A DNA stretch of 61,637 nucleotides, counting the filler, from Sphacelaria rigidula (taxonomy: Eukaryota): assembly GCA_964200075.2 (NCBI GenBank). It is 8 parts of 8 records of this genome, joined end to end, with 100 filler letters (N's around TTAATTAATTAA, not from the genome) between each part and the next. Parts side by side here need not be neighbours in the genome. Positions count along the whole stretch, not along the records: positions 54,022 to 61,637 come from CAXNAA020014078.1; 7 more parts are not named here. The stretch is one strand, 5' to 3'. Positions 61,150-61,637 of the stretch are shown here, in pieces. Made by a program: the position numbers and the translations under genes. Under the pieces are notes generated by a model. It was not told the DNA's origin, searched no databases, and saw only the letters and a list, made by a program, of their open reading frames with translations. Every line of letters begins with the position of its first letter. Positions within the stretch are counted from its first letter, which is position 1.

Positions 61150-61517
61150 TTCGACGGTGACAAAATACCAACTTCAGGTCTTTCGAGAAACAACGATGTT
61201 GCATATCCCACAAAATTTCCGGATGACACCAGGTAAATTCGAACATTTTCCATCACAAATCTGTCGAAACTACACATACAACGTATTGATGGCGTGGGGT
61301 AGGCAGCGTGGTCACCGCAGGTTTCAAGTAAATCGATAGTAAATATCTTACTCCTTCACCATGGGTAGTTCCGTCGATCGTCGGTGTACCACGGAGTCAT
61401 CCACCAACCGTTGTCTATCCAAACGCGATAGCTACGTTCGTCGATAGGCATGAATTGAGATCCAGTGAATTCTGACAGCGCCACCTCCCTAGCCCGATCT
61501 CGCAGTCTGCGGGCGAT
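61150..61517 (-). CDS. Possible internal exons of an unidentified gene (61360-61517 and from ~61269 downward)
   Basis: TTTTTTGCAG acceptor, open frame IARRLRDRAREVALSEFTGSQFMPIDERSYRVWIDNGWWMTPWYTDDRRNYP, donor TG|GTGAAG. A phase-compatible acceptor at 61269 continues CFDRFVMENVRIYLVSSGNFVGYATSLFLERPEV. No family recognised. Confidence 0.35.
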
Positions 61518-61637
61518 CTGCAAAAAATAGGACAAGGGGTCGAGAGAGGGGGGGGGGGGGGGGGGGTCATTTTTTTTTTACCTCAGTCAATTCACCACGT
61601 GCCCGAGCAGAAGAGGTCGAAGGGGGGGGGGGGGGGG

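Noticed and set aside
61260..61360. Splice-generated in-frame TGA (possible selenocysteine) if the CAG acceptor at 61260 is used
   Set aside because: An upstream TAG acceptor 9 nt earlier gives TGT in the same frame, there is no redox motif, and no SECIS could be identified by eye.

Overview
Eukaryotic, intron-containing, repeat-rich DNA that most resembles a brown alga (stramenopile). That is an inference from GT-AG multi-exon genes, a bipartite ASAF-type plastid targeting signal and TTAGGG motifs. The window is not one locus. It is eight unrelated contigs of almost identical, descending length (7618, 7618, 7617 x5, 7616 bp) joined by 100-bp N44-TTAATTAATTAA-N44 linkers, so adjacency across linkers is meaningless. 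Genes supported by splice-phase-consistent exon chains or recognisable motifs are: (1) a 5'-truncated TM + coiled-coil protein, 6 exons, 342-6594; (2) a 3'-truncated, probably plastid-targeted protein with GNAT-like, TPR and class I SAM-methyltransferase domains, 8 exons, 10066-14604; (3) first exons of a VTI1-like SNARE (-) and a MYND zinc-finger protein (+) arranged head to head. The rest is mostly mobile DNA: a decayed Ty1/copia element with one LTR, several non-autonomous TIR elements (hAT-like with 8-bp TSDs, piggyBac-like ~100-bp MITEs, foldbacks), a tRNA-derived SINE head, a retroposon-like family ending in C-runs, and two degenerate intron-containing ORFs that resemble KDZ/HMGXB3-type transposases. 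There is no CRISPR, rRNA or prokaryotic operon. The best novelty candidates are the GNAT-TPR-methyltransferase fusion and the spliced KDZ-like relics; both need profile searches to confirm.
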